From positions 1 to 55,699 of the IMG/VR virus record IMGVR_UViG_3300045303_000132: a stretch of DNA of 55,699 nt; one strand, written 5' to 3'. Under the pieces are notes generated by a model that made no database searches, was not told the origin of the DNA, and worked only from the letters and a program-made list of their open reading frames with translations. Positions 35,918-45,173 of the stretch are shown here, piece after piece. Position 1 is the stretch's first letter, and each line of letters begins with the position of its first letter. The stretch comes from a virus (lineage: Duplodnaviria; Caudoviricetes). The position numbers and the translations under genes were made by a program.

Positions 35918-37708
35918 CTAGTCGTCCAGCCTCTCCCACCAGTTGAGCGCCACGAGGACGAGGGTGTCGTCGCACTTGGGATCTGGGTGGGCGTAGAAGA
36001 CGTCAGTCGGGCTGTAGTCGCCGAAGATGATGGGCCAGTTCACCTTGCCGAAGATCAGCCGGTACTTCAAGCCCGAGTCAGCGAGCGCCCATGAGTTGAG
36101 CCTCCCCTCGTGGCCATTGAGGACGAGACCCTCGACGCTGCCCGAGCGGGTGGTCCGCATCAGCCTGCGACGCACCGGCTCGACCACGAGATTGCCGTGG
36201 ACCGGAGTGTGCAGGATGGACCCTTCCTCCGTGATCTGTGCCACGACGGGTCGATCGTTGTTTCCGAGAATCTCGATCTTGTTGCCTGTCCTCGGGTTCA
36301 CCATCCACACGCTCGCGGTGGTGAAGGTGTCCTTGACCTGAGGACCCATCACTGAGGTTACGCCGTCGATCCGGGTCAGCACGTTCCAGGTGTGCTCCAC
36401 GCGGAGGTCCGCGGTGATGTCCCGGATGCTGAAGTTCGTGCCAATGAAGAAGTCAGTGGCAGGAGCCCACTTACGAGGAACACCGTCAGCATCCCAGATT
36501 GTGACCGCCACCCCGTCACGCCAGAGCGAGATCTCGTCGGGAGTGCCGAGAACACGGGTGCCGGTGATGACGGGGAAGGGGTCGCTGAACGTGACGGCGA
36601 GATTCGTGACCGCCGGACCGTTGCCAGTGTGAACGGTGTCGAACTCCTTCTCCACGTACGACCAGATAGGCGCTTCTTCTGCCGCCACACGCGGATGGAT
36701 GGAGTCGGTCGTCCGCAGAACCACCTTGCCGTGACCACCTGGCACGGGCACACCCTTGGACGGGAACCAGTCGCGAGTTGCAGAGTCCACATCCCACGTC
36801 GACTTCGCGATGGTATCGGAACCCTGATGGAGTTCGGCCTGCCACGACACCTGATCGGCCACTGTCCAGGTCACGGTGGGGCTGCCGTCGTCAGTGACCG
36901 AGGGCGGGTTGACGATCACCGGCTGAACGATGGGCCGGTAGGAGTACGAAACCCACGGGCTCCAAGGACTCGTGCCGCCCCCTCCAGTGGTCATGACACG
37001 CCAGTAGGTGGATGCCCCCGACGCCAGCACCGGAGCGCCCGCAGCGGGCACGTAGCGACCTGAGGGAGCCGGTATCGAGCCGGTGTCGAAGGTGATGCCG
37101 CCGACCGTGCCGTCCGAGGAATACTGGATCTGCTGGTGATCCATATCCTCATCGCCCGTATAGGACAAGATGGGAGTAGGCACCGAGACCGCCCCGCCCT
37201 GCGGAGAGAGGCCGACAGGCTGTGAGTTCGGCGTGTAGTAGTCCACGACCATGACCGGCTTGTTGAGAGCCGCCGACGAGCCCCTGAGGGCGATCGCCGT
37301 GGTGAGGGTGGTGTCGAGCGCCAGACCGAGACGACTCCGGGTGTTGGCCCACGCCGTGACGGAGAAGGAGTAGGGCTGGTCCACGACCGGGGCGGTGATC
37401 GAGGTCGTGGTGATGACAGCACCGAGTGGAGGTCGGTTAGACCACGTGACCGAAGACTTCCACGCCGCCGTGATCGGGAAGATGCGAATGGGCACCGCAC
37501 CCGTCTTGGCCGCAGCCGTCCAGAACTGGACGTTCGCCGCCGTGACCACGGCCCCCTCGGGGATCTGGTCAATGGGGACACGTATCAGAACGCGCTGAAC
37601 AGCGTTGCTCGTGTTCTGGATGGTCAAGGTGCCCGGCGACCCGATAGGGTACGCGGGTCGGTTCTGCTTGATCAGGTAGGTCGTCAGCGGGATGATGATC
37701 TGTGGCAT
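35918..37708 (-). CDS. Minor tail protein (distal-tail-like)
   Basis: Immediately after the tape measure; beta-rich, W.SSVTWSNRP module. Confidence 0.72.
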   Translation of the reverse strand: MPQIIIPLTTYLIKQNRPAYPIGSPGTLTIQNTSNAVQRVLIRVPIDQIPEGAVVTAANVQFWTAAAKTGAVPIRIFPITAAWKSSVTWSNRPPLGAVITTTSITAPVVDQPYSFSVTAWANTRSRLGLALDTTLTTAIALRGSSAALNKPVMVVDYYTPNSQPVGLSPQGGAVSVPTPILSYTGDEDMDHQQIQYSSDGTVGGITFDTGSIPAPSGRYVPAAGAPVLASGASTYWRVMTTGGGGTSPWSPWVSYSYRPIVQPVIVNPPSVTDDGSPTVTWTVADQVSWQAELHQGSDTIAKSTWDVDSATRDWFPSKGVPVPGGHGKVVLRTTDSIHPRVAAEEAPIWSYVEKEFDTVHTGNGPAVTNLAVTFSDPFPVITGTRVLGTPDEISLWRDGVAVTIWDADGVPRKWAPATDFFIGTNFSIRDITADLRVEHTWNVLTRIDGVTSVMGPQVKDTFTTASVWMVNPRTGNKIEILGNNDRPVVAQITEEGSILHTPVHGNLVVEPVRRRLMRTTRSGSVEGLVLNGHEGRLNSWALADSGLKYRLIFGKVNWPIIFGDYSPTDVFYAHPDPKCDDTLVLVALNWWERLDD

Positions 37709-37709
37709 C

Positions 37710-40700
37710 TCAGGCTCCCTGCCATGCGAGGCTGTCCGAGGCGCTGATCCGGTTGTCTGCCAACTCTTCGACGTACGCCTCGAAGTCTCGAGAACCGATG
37801 CGGAGGATCACGCGCTTCGGGAGGCCGTTACCCATCATCTTCTTGCTGTCGGCGTTCGAGTGGACTCGCGATCCACGGGCGAGGTTCACGAGTTCAGGAC
37901 CACCCTCACCGACGAGGGCCATGCCACCTGGAACGATGCCGCCCTTCTCGAAGCCTGGGATGGTGAACCCGATCGACTTACCCAGCACCTTGAAACTCAG
38001 CGACTTCGGCAGTCCGATCGCGTTGTTGATGCCGGTCTTCAGGCTGGAGGCGATGCTCCCGGCCATATCGCCGATCGCGGAGATGCCGCTGCGGATACCC
38101 TCGAGGATCTTGCCGCCCAACGTCTTCCCGGCCGAGAGCAGTTCCCCACCGAGGCCGAGCAACTTCCCGGGGAGGCCCTTGATGATGTTCACCACTGAAG
38201 TGACGACGTCGCTCGCGATGCGCTTCAGGGCACCGATCCCACGGCTGATGGCGCTTCCCAACTTCGAGACAGACTGCTGGCCCAGAGTCGACAGGCGACC
38301 AGGCAACTTCACGATCCAGTTGATGACACCCGCGACGATCCTGCCCGCTGCCGCCAGGATCTTCGGCGTGCCCTTGATGACGGCGTTGCCCAGGAACTTG
38401 ATCGCCCGCACACCGAGGCTGAGCAACTTCCCGGGGAGACTGATGTACCACTTGAGGAAGCCGACGACCAGACGGCCCGCTGCCCTCAACACGACCGGCG
38501 CGTACTTGACGACGGCCTTGCCCAGCGCCACGATCGCCTCGCCGCCGAGTTTCGCCAACTTGGGGACCAACTCCAAGAATCCCTTGCCAATGAAGACGAG
38601 GAACCGACCGAGCCCCTTCAAGATCGCAGGCATGGCTGCCTTCATCCCAGCGCCGAGACCCTTGAGCGCGAAGAGACCCAACTTCAGGAACTTCGCAGGG
38701 GCGAAGAACGTGATGAACAGGCCGAACAGTCCCTTCAGCAGCGGCCAGACACCGCTCGCCATCTGCTTGATCCCCTTCCACATCATCCCCCAATCCAGGG
38801 TGAACAGGGCGATCAGGAAGGTGATGAGACCGGCGATGATGTGACCCAGACCCTCGATCACGAGCCCCAACGACTTGAAGCCGTAGATCATCATGTCGAG
38901 GACCACGCCGATAGCGAGTGTGGCGATCTTGTCGATGATGTCGAAGACGAAGCCGAGCGCCTTGCCCACGCCCTTCGCAACCGGGGCGAGAGGCTTGAGC
39001 GCCGTACCGATCTCGCTGAAGGCCCCGCCGAGCGAGGAGAACACGCCTTTGATCGAGTCCCAGAGTTCGCCCAACTTCGCCTGAAGAGCCTTGGACTTCG
39101 CTATGAGGATGACGATCCAGACCACGAAGCCAGCCCAGCCAGCGAACTTCGCGATCTTAGTGAGAACCCCCGTCATCGGCTTGAAAGCGGAGACAAGCCT
39201 TCCGACCTTGGACGACGTCTCTCCCGTGGCCGCGTTGGTCTTCCCGAAGAAGCCGAGAACCTTGCTGACAGCGCCCTTCACCTTTTCGAAGACCTTGAGG
39301 ATCAGTTCCCAGGCCCGCCGCAGAAGGCCGACCTTCTTCGTCGCCTCCCCGGCAGGGCCGCCCATGTTCTTGAGGATGTTCGTGAGGATCTTGAACCGGA
39401 TGATCTTGGCGATGATGCTGACAAAGCCGCCCATCTGGCCGATCAGGCTGCCGATCATGATGTTGACAGCCACACCCGCAATGATGAAGGCGAGGAAGAA
39501 ACTGCTGATCGGCTGGAGCGCGTCCGAAACCTTGAGGAAGGCGTTGACCATCGCCTCCAACGGCAACTTGTTGAGAAGTTTGAACGCGCCCTCCACCGTC
39601 TTCAGGAACGACCCCATCACGCGAGGATCAGAGAGTTTCACCATGACCGGCCAAATCGCCTCGATGGTGTGGCCGACCTGCTTCATCATCTCGTTCGCGG
39701 CATCGGCCCACTTCGCGATGGTGTTCTGCCCGCCAACGCTCTCCGTCCAGTCCTGGAACCTCTGGGTGATATCGATGATCATGTCAAGGAAGTTGTTCGT
39801 GGACGGGTTCGCGGCGTTGAAGACATTGGTGAGCGCCGAGGTGAGGTTGCCCAGGATCTCCCAGAGTTTGCCCGCCGTCTTGGCCGCGCCCTTCATCGCG
39901 GTGTCGATCCGCTTGTTGAAGCCCTCGCCCTTCGTCCATTCCTGGAACTGCTCAGCGACCTTCTGGATGGCCCCGGCGAGCCGAATGGCTGAAGGCGTGA
40001 GCGCGTTGGTGAGACGGAGGAATCCATCGAGGAACGGGACGGCGATCTTGGACAACGCTGCGAAGACATCCGCGTTGTTCTTGAAGAACTTGTTGAGGGT
40101 CTTGGTCCCCTCCGCCGAGTTGGCGTACCGGAGGACTGACTTCGCCAGCCCGTTCAACGACTCTGCCATGAGGCCGAGACCGCGCTGGATCACTCCCGTG
40201 TTGCGGAGATTCTCGATCCCGTCCGACAGCCCCTTGAACAGCACCGGCCAGACAGCCGCCCGCATCTCATTGGAGAGTTTGCGGGTCGCCATGACCGCGT
40301 CCTGCATGGACTTCGGCATCCCCTTGAGAAGGAGTTCCAGTTTCTTCGGGTCGACCTCAGACACGGCAGCGGCGAAGTTCCGCATACCGATCTTCAGGGT
40401 GAGGCCCGCGACGCCGAGGCTGGTGAAGATGGGGAGCAGGGCACCCGACTCCTGGCCTACGGAGTAGAGCGCTCCAGCCAACTCAGTCGCGACCCCTGTA
40501 ATCCCGCTGATCGCGCCGCCGATGAGCGGGGCACCCGTGATAGCCGCGCCGACCGCTGCTCGCCACGCGGTGACCGCGTTTTGACCGATCCCACGGTAGA
40601 CCTTCGTGTTCTGCTGGCCGACCTTTTCGAGTTGCTTCGTCAGGCTGGTGAGTTGCCGCTTGATGTCCTTGCCGACTTGCTTGAGCGAGTTGTCATCGAA

Positions 40701-40754
40701 CCTCATGTTGACGTCGACGTGTGCCCCGCCGACGCGTGGCCCGAGGGCTACCAT
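37710..40754 (-). CDS. Tape measure protein
   Basis: 1014 aa, Ala/Gly/Leu-rich amphipathic repeats, C-terminal GG.V.G..LVGEGGPEL. Confidence 0.92.
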   Translation of the reverse strand: MVALGPRVGGAHVDVNMRFDDNSLKQVGKDIKRQLTSLTKQLEKVGQQNTKVYRGIGQNAVTAWRAAVGAAITGAPLIGGAISGITGVATELAGALYSVGQESGALLPIFTSLGVAGLTLKIGMRNFAAAVSEVDPKKLELLLKGMPKSMQDAVMATRKLSNEMRAAVWPVLFKGLSDGIENLRNTGVIQRGLGLMAESLNGLAKSVLRYANSAEGTKTLNKFFKNNADVFAALSKIAVPFLDGFLRLTNALTPSAIRLAGAIQKVAEQFQEWTKGEGFNKRIDTAMKGAAKTAGKLWEILGNLTSALTNVFNAANPSTNNFLDMIIDITQRFQDWTESVGGQNTIAKWADAANEMMKQVGHTIEAIWPVMVKLSDPRVMGSFLKTVEGAFKLLNKLPLEAMVNAFLKVSDALQPISSFFLAFIIAGVAVNIMIGSLIGQMGGFVSIIAKIIRFKILTNILKNMGGPAGEATKKVGLLRRAWELILKVFEKVKGAVSKVLGFFGKTNAATGETSSKVGRLVSAFKPMTGVLTKIAKFAGWAGFVVWIVILIAKSKALQAKLGELWDSIKGVFSSLGGAFSEIGTALKPLAPVAKGVGKALGFVFDIIDKIATLAIGVVLDMMIYGFKSLGLVIEGLGHIIAGLITFLIALFTLDWGMMWKGIKQMASGVWPLLKGLFGLFITFFAPAKFLKLGLFALKGLGAGMKAAMPAILKGLGRFLVFIGKGFLELVPKLAKLGGEAIVALGKAVVKYAPVVLRAAGRLVVGFLKWYISLPGKLLSLGVRAIKFLGNAVIKGTPKILAAAGRIVAGVINWIVKLPGRLSTLGQQSVSKLGSAISRGIGALKRIASDVVTSVVNIIKGLPGKLLGLGGELLSAGKTLGGKILEGIRSGISAIGDMAGSIASSLKTGINNAIGLPKSLSFKVLGKSIGFTIPGFEKGGIVPGGMALVGEGGPELVNLARGSRVHSNADSKKMMGNGLPKRVILRIGSRDFEAYVEELADNRISASDSLAWQGA

Positions 40755-40755
40755 C

Positions 40756-41145
40756 TCAGCCCCCCGCCATCGCGCTAAGCGCGTCCCGGAGGAACGGCTG
40801 CGCGGGTGTTCCGGGGTGCATGACGAAATCGCGGTAGACGATGTCGCCAGCCGACCCGCGGAACTTCATCACCTTCCGGTTGGTCGGCCAGCGGGGAGAA
40901 GGGCCGGTTCCCTCGTGGACGTAGTATCCGTACGAGGTCCCGGCGGAGACCTTGAAGCCGAAGGCGAATCGACCCTTCTCGTCTCGGTTCCGGTCGACTG
41001 AGATGGAAGACTTCAGCCGCCCGGTCCGAACGGGAGCGAGAACGCGAGCCAGAGCCGCCACGGCCTCTGTCTTCTTGCGGAGGTGACGGTCGGGGCCAGA
41101 GCCCGTGAAGAAGACCTTCAAGTAGACGATGGGAGCCGGGTCCAT
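40756..41145 (-). CDS. HK97 gp10-like tail completion protein
   Basis: APVRTGRLKSSI, Y.YYVHEGT, HPGT..QPFLRDAL; start uncertain (up to 41193). Confidence 0.8.
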   Translation of the reverse strand: MDPAPIVYLKVFFTGSGPDRHLRKKTEAVAALARVLAPVRTGRLKSSISVDRNRDEKGRFAFGFKVSAGTSYGYYVHEGTGPSPRWPTNRKVMKFRGSAGDIVYRDFVMHPGTPAQPFLRDALSAMAGG

Positions 41146-41208
41146 GATGACGACCACGCCGCCTCCGGCGTAGACGCCCCCTGCGCCTGCCATGAACCCA
41201 CCTCCCGC

Positions 41209-41472
41209 CTACTTGTCTTTCGAGTCCTTCAGTTGAGACTTGTCCCACTCACGTAGCGCAGTGTAGTCCTTGGTCTGGGTGAGGTACATGCGAACCTGAT
41301 TGGGCTTGTCTTCCTTCAGCCGTTCGATGGTTGACAGGTGTACCATCCAGAGCACTTCTGCGAATGAGAACTCCCTCCACTTCACACCGTTGAGGTTCCA
41401 CGATGTGACCAGGCTTATCCAGTTGCTTTCGATCCCTTCCCAGACGGCGATTGCCGCGTCGTAGGGAACCCC
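41209..41472 (-). CDS. Tail assembly chaperone C-terminal extension (predicted -1 frameshift product)
   Basis: Open -1 frame without its own start overlapping the end of 41415..41798. Confidence 0.55.
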   Translation of the reverse strand, partial: GVPYDAAIAVWEGIESNWISLVTSWNLNGVKWREFSFAEVLWMVHLSTIERLKEDKPNQVRMYLTQTKDYTALREWDKSQLKDSKDK

Positions 41473-41798
41473 GTCCAGATCCCCATGAGCGCCTCCGAGA
41501 TCGCCTGCTGGGGGCCGAGTCCGTACTCCTTCTTGATCCACTGCTTCTGCTGAGCGGCACCGACCAGCATCTTCGACATCGCCTCTGTGAAGCCGGCGAG
41601 AGCGGACTTGAAGGCCTCTCCCCCGAAGTCGTCGTCCTCGAACTTCGTGAACTGCTTCAGGGCGTCCACGAGGGTGGCCCACTGCTCGGGCGTGGGGTCC
41701 GGGTCGAACTCCCACTCGATGCCGTCGCCCAGATCGACCGGAATAGCCCGGAAGTCGAGGCCCAACTTGACTACGTCACGGCGTACTTCGTCGGTCAT
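41415..41798 (-). CDS. Tail assembly chaperone
   Basis: RBS aaggag, MTDEVRRD...; position before the tape measure; ends in G.PT. Confidence 0.72.
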   Translation of the reverse strand: MTDEVRRDVVKLGLDFRAIPVDLGDGIEWEFDPDPTPEQWATLVDALKQFTKFEDDDFGGEAFKSALAGFTEAMSKMLVGAAQQKQWIKKEYGLGPQQAISEALMGIWTGFPTTRQSPSGKGSKATG

Positions 41799-41886
41799 CG
41801 CTGTTCTCCTTTGTTCTAGCGATTGAGCCGTAAGCCGGGGAGAACTGAAGGAGAACCCCCGGCCCACGGTGACCGCAGCGTAGCAA

Positions 41887-42405
41887 TCATGCTGACTCGT
41901 CGACGGAGAGCGCAGGGATCTGCACCTGTACCGTCAGATCCACGAACGTCACCGAGCACATGCCGGGTTCGCTGAGGTCGGCGGAGACATCGTCGATCCG
42001 GACGTCCATGCCGCAGCACGCGAGGCTCTGCCAGAGCAATTCCACGTCACGGAGTTGGTCCTGGGTGTGGTCGGTGAGTTCCTCAGGTGTTGGGATCTCA
42101 CCCTTCTCGTCGATGATGGGGCGGCACCGAGCCAGCACGATCCGGAACTGAGCGGCTGTCACCCCGCCCTTGCACGGACGGATGCGACGTACCTCGTCGA
42201 GCGAGTTGGCCTCCGCGTCGTAGAGGCGGCGGAAGTGGATGCTGACCTCGCCGTTGGCCCCCTCTTCGTCGCACTCACAGCACATGAAGATCACCGGAAT
42301 GCCATGCGTCTGGTACACCTTGCAGACCGGACGCAGGTCCGCGGCCAGCGCATCCGCCACCGCGTCCAGCAGGGTGCCAGCCACTACCGCCAAGGGTTCA
42401 GCCAT
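41887..42405 (-). CDS. Putative tail terminator / head-tail joining protein
   Basis: Position; Cys-rich. Confidence 0.55.
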   Translation of the reverse strand: MAEPLAVVAGTLLDAVADALAADLRPVCKVYQTHGIPVIFMCCECDEEGANGEVSIHFRRLYDAEANSLDEVRRIRPCKGGVTAAQFRIVLARCRPIIDEKGEIPTPEELTDHTQDQLRDVELLWQSLACCGMDVRIDDVSADLSEPGMCSVTFVDLTVQVQIPALSVDESA

Positions 42406-42467
42406 AACGACCCCCTGAGGGCCTCTGACAGCGTCCTGAGGTCTCTACGGGGCGGCGGGTGGGGTAC

Positions 42468-43190
42468 TTACCCACAACGGCACCCCGAGCCGCTCAGAGC
42501 GCCCATACGGGCCGCAGCGAGGTCGGGGCTGAACACGGCACCGGGCAGCCGAGCGTCGTGGGGGTTGACAGCGTGCATCCACGCTCCGAGTTCCGGGATG
42601 AAGGTGTTGACCTCGTCGTCTCGGAGGCGGACCGTGATGCCCTGACTGGTGACCGAAGTGACGTTGGTCGGCAGACGGCACTTCCCGCCCGTGCAGGACA
42701 GGTAGAGTTCCTTCGTCAGCCGAGCGGCTACGTCCAGTGCCCATGCGTCCGGCGGGACACCGATCTCGGCGTCCACCACGAACGCCTCGCCCTCGCCTGC
42801 GTCGGACCACTTCTCGTCCTTCTTCGGCCAGACATCGGGCGGCACCCGGTATAGCGTGGACGAGTCGCGGTCGAACCGCCACGAGGTGTCCGGGTACTCG
42901 TCCGCGCCCAGCCGAACACGAGTGACGTCCCAGACAGAGATGCTGTACGGTCCTCGAATGGCGATGGCGTCACCGCCACCGCAGCACCACGAGCGGCACT
43001 CGGGGCACAGATTCAGCGGGCGGATCTCGGCCTCGCACAGCCCGACCGTATACGCCGACAGCCTCGTCATGATCGACGAGGCTGTCGCAACGGAAGCGAT
43101 GAAGATCGGGTCCTCGGCGTCGAGTTCGGCCAACCCGCAACTGTCAGCGTCTACGGGCCAAGGACACGAGGCCTCGCTCAGGAGAGCCAT
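42468..43190 (-). CDS. Head-to-tail adaptor
   Basis: C.LP.NVTSVT.QG.T...NP...SPD motif of actinophage adaptors. Confidence 0.7.
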   Translation of the reverse strand: MALLSEASCPWPVDADSCGLAELDAEDPIFIASVATASSIMTRLSAYTVGLCEAEIRPLNLCPECRSWCCGGGDAIAIRGPYSISVWDVTRVRLGADEYPDTSWRFDRDSSTLYRVPPDVWPKKDEKWSDAGEGEAFVVDAEIGVPPDAWALDVAARLTKELYLSCTGGKCRLPTNVTSVTSQGITVRLRDDEVNTFIPELGAWMHAVNPHDARLPGAVFSPDLAAARMGALSGSGCRCG

Positions 43191-43203
43191 CGTGTCCCCC
43201 TGC

Positions 43204-43884
43204 TCAGGCCGAGCCGGGGTCGACGGTGGTGACCGCGCCGCAGCCGTCGGGAGCCACGCCGCCGACGAAGCGGAAGCGGTGGGTGCCGTCCGGCAGTTCG
43301 TCGGACAGCCACTCGGCGTCGCCGGTCGTGGTGTCCAGCGCCAGCGGGATCGGACCGAAGCCGATGTTGTGACTGTCGGAGGTCGAGCCGGTGATGCGGA
43401 CGTAGTTGTCCTCACTGCCCGGCGTGCCCTCTTCGGTGACCGTCGCGCCCTTGACCGGGTAGATCCGGACGAAGTCGCCGGTGACGCCACCGCCGCACTC
43501 GCCGAGGATCTCCTGCCACACGACGACCACCACGTTGAAACGATCGGCCTTGCCGTCCGCCCAGCCGATGACCTCGCTGTCGTGCTCGATCGCCGTGGCA
43601 CCGCCCGCGTTCGCAATCCACTCAGGGTCGAGCCAGTGGAGGTCGACGTTCACCTCGATGGACTGGAGGCTCTTCACGCCCGGGATGTACCGCTTGATAG
43701 AGCCGTCGGCGCAGCGGCGAGTGAACTCCTCACCGTCGTCCACGTTGTCGCTGGTCTCGAAGGCTGCGGGACAATCATCAAGATAGCCCATATCGGCCCC
43801 GTACAGCGGGGTCAAGCACTCGTCGGCGAGGAACAGCCCCACCTTCTTGATTCGGCCCAGATCGGGCGTGGTGCAGGTTCCCAT
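43204..43884 (-). CDS. Major tail (tube) protein
   Basis: DDGEEFTRRCADG motif, size and position. Confidence 0.7.
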   Translation of the reverse strand: MGTCTTPDLGRIKKVGLFLADECLTPLYGADMGYLDDCPAAFETSDNVDDGEEFTRRCADGSIKRYIPGVKSLQSIEVNVDLHWLDPEWIANAGGATAIEHDSEVIGWADGKADRFNVVVVVWQEILGECGGGVTGDFVRIYPVKGATVTEEGTPGSEDNYVRITGSTSDSHNIGFGPIPLALDTTTGDAEWLSDELPDGTHRFRFVGGVAPDGCGAVTTVDPGSA

Positions 43885-43930
43885 TGTGTCACTCGCTTCC
43901 GAAGTGGGGGTATGTGGTAAACTGCCCGGT

Positions 43931-44371
43931 ATGCCTCGACCCGCTGGAAGCATCCCGGAGATCTTGCTGGAGACCGCCAAGACGGTCACTGACGAATGCC
44001 TCTACCCGCTGGATCGCGGGAAGCGAACACCCGTTTCCTACGACGGCCATGTGACTCCGGCGTCGAGGCTTCAGTGGGAACTCGTGACTGGCGAGTCTCC
44101 CGGTCCGCTGATGGTTCTGCACACCTGCGGGAATGGATCGTACGGATGCCTGAACTTCGGGCACCTGTACCTCGGCACTCAGGCCGACAACCATCTCGAC
44201 CGCTGTCTCGACGGACTGGCTGCCCGAGGACTGGATGAAGATCGGGTCCGCGCCATCCGCAGCCGAGCGGCCGAGGGCGTAGGCACGATGGCCCTCACTC
44301 GGGAGTTCGGCGTAACGAAGCGCACTATCCGGCAGGTCGTGACCCGCAAGACGTGGGCTTGGCTGGACTGA
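43931..44371 (+). CDS. HNH homing endonuclease with C-terminal HTH (antisense to the structural operon)
   Basis: VLHTCGN....CLNFGHLYLGTQADN..D; V..IR...LTREFGVTKRTI..VV.RKTW. Confidence 0.85.
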   Translation: MPRPAGSIPEILLETAKTVTDECLYPLDRGKRTPVSYDGHVTPASRLQWELVTGESPGPLMVLHTCGNGSYGCLNFGHLYLGTQADNHLDRCLDGLAARGLDEDRVRAIRSRAAEGVGTMALTREFGVTKRTIRQVVTRKTWAWLD

Positions 44372-44382
44372 CATCTTCAACC

Positions 44383-45141
44383 TCACGGACTGGCCGGAAC
44401 AGTGACATCGATGTGGAGATTGATGCAGGGGTCGAACGCAACGATGGCGCTGCGATTGGCGAAAGCCTCGTCCGTGTTGCTACGACGGTCCAGGTCGTTG
44501 AGGACGAAGGGCTCGTCCACCCCCGCCCACACTGAGCCGGTGGCCCAGAGACGGACGGTGGTTGCTCCCTGGACCGGGTAGCCGACGCTGATGACCCACG
44601 GAGCGCCGGTTGGAGAAACCTTCCCGAGAAGGGAACGCGACTCCGTGAGGAACGCCGCTGCCAAGACCGGACCGTGGAGCCACCACTGAGTGCCGAAGCC
44701 AGCATCGGCCGCAGCCTGCTCCAGCGTTCCCACGGCTAGAGCGAAGTTCCCGTCCGCAACGGTGCCGAGGCTGGTCCCATCTTCGAAGGACGGGCTGCCG
44801 AGGCCTACACCGTCCGTCGCCAGTTGACGGGCGACAGCCCACTCGGTCGTCGAGTCGAGCCGCCCCGTCGCGTGTTTCTTCTGGTCGAGCCTGGACAGGC
44901 TGCTGCACGCCGCGCTCTGCGTGATGCCGAACGGCATGAACTCCGCGACAGAAGGCTTGTTCAGCGGGAGGGTGTCATCGGCCGTGACACACCGATCCAT
45001 GAGCACCGGCTCGCCACACCCGTAAAACGGGATGGAAAGGCCCTGCCTCCAGCCCTGCGGAACAGGGAGCGCACGGTCGAGGATGCCACCGGATCGAGTG
45101 TCAACCTCGACCTCGACGCCCTCCATGAGACCTTGAGACAT
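44383..45141 (-). CDS. Capsid protein, probable pentamer-forming subunit
   Basis: Directly after the major capsid gene; size and arrangement as in actinophages with separate hexamer/pentamer genes. Confidence 0.55.
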   Translation of the reverse strand: MSQGLMEGVEVEVDTRSGGILDRALPVPQGWRQGLSIPFYGCGEPVLMDRCVTADDTLPLNKPSVAEFMPFGITQSAACSSLSRLDQKKHATGRLDSTTEWAVARQLATDGVGLGSPSFEDGTSLGTVADGNFALAVGTLEQAAADAGFGTQWWLHGPVLAAAFLTESRSLLGKVSPTGAPWVISVGYPVQGATTVRLWATGSVWAGVDEPFVLNDLDRRSNTDEAFANRSAIVAFDPCINLHIDVTVPASP

Positions 45142-45173
45142 CAGGGCCTCTCCTTCCTAGTAGAGCCGGCGAT

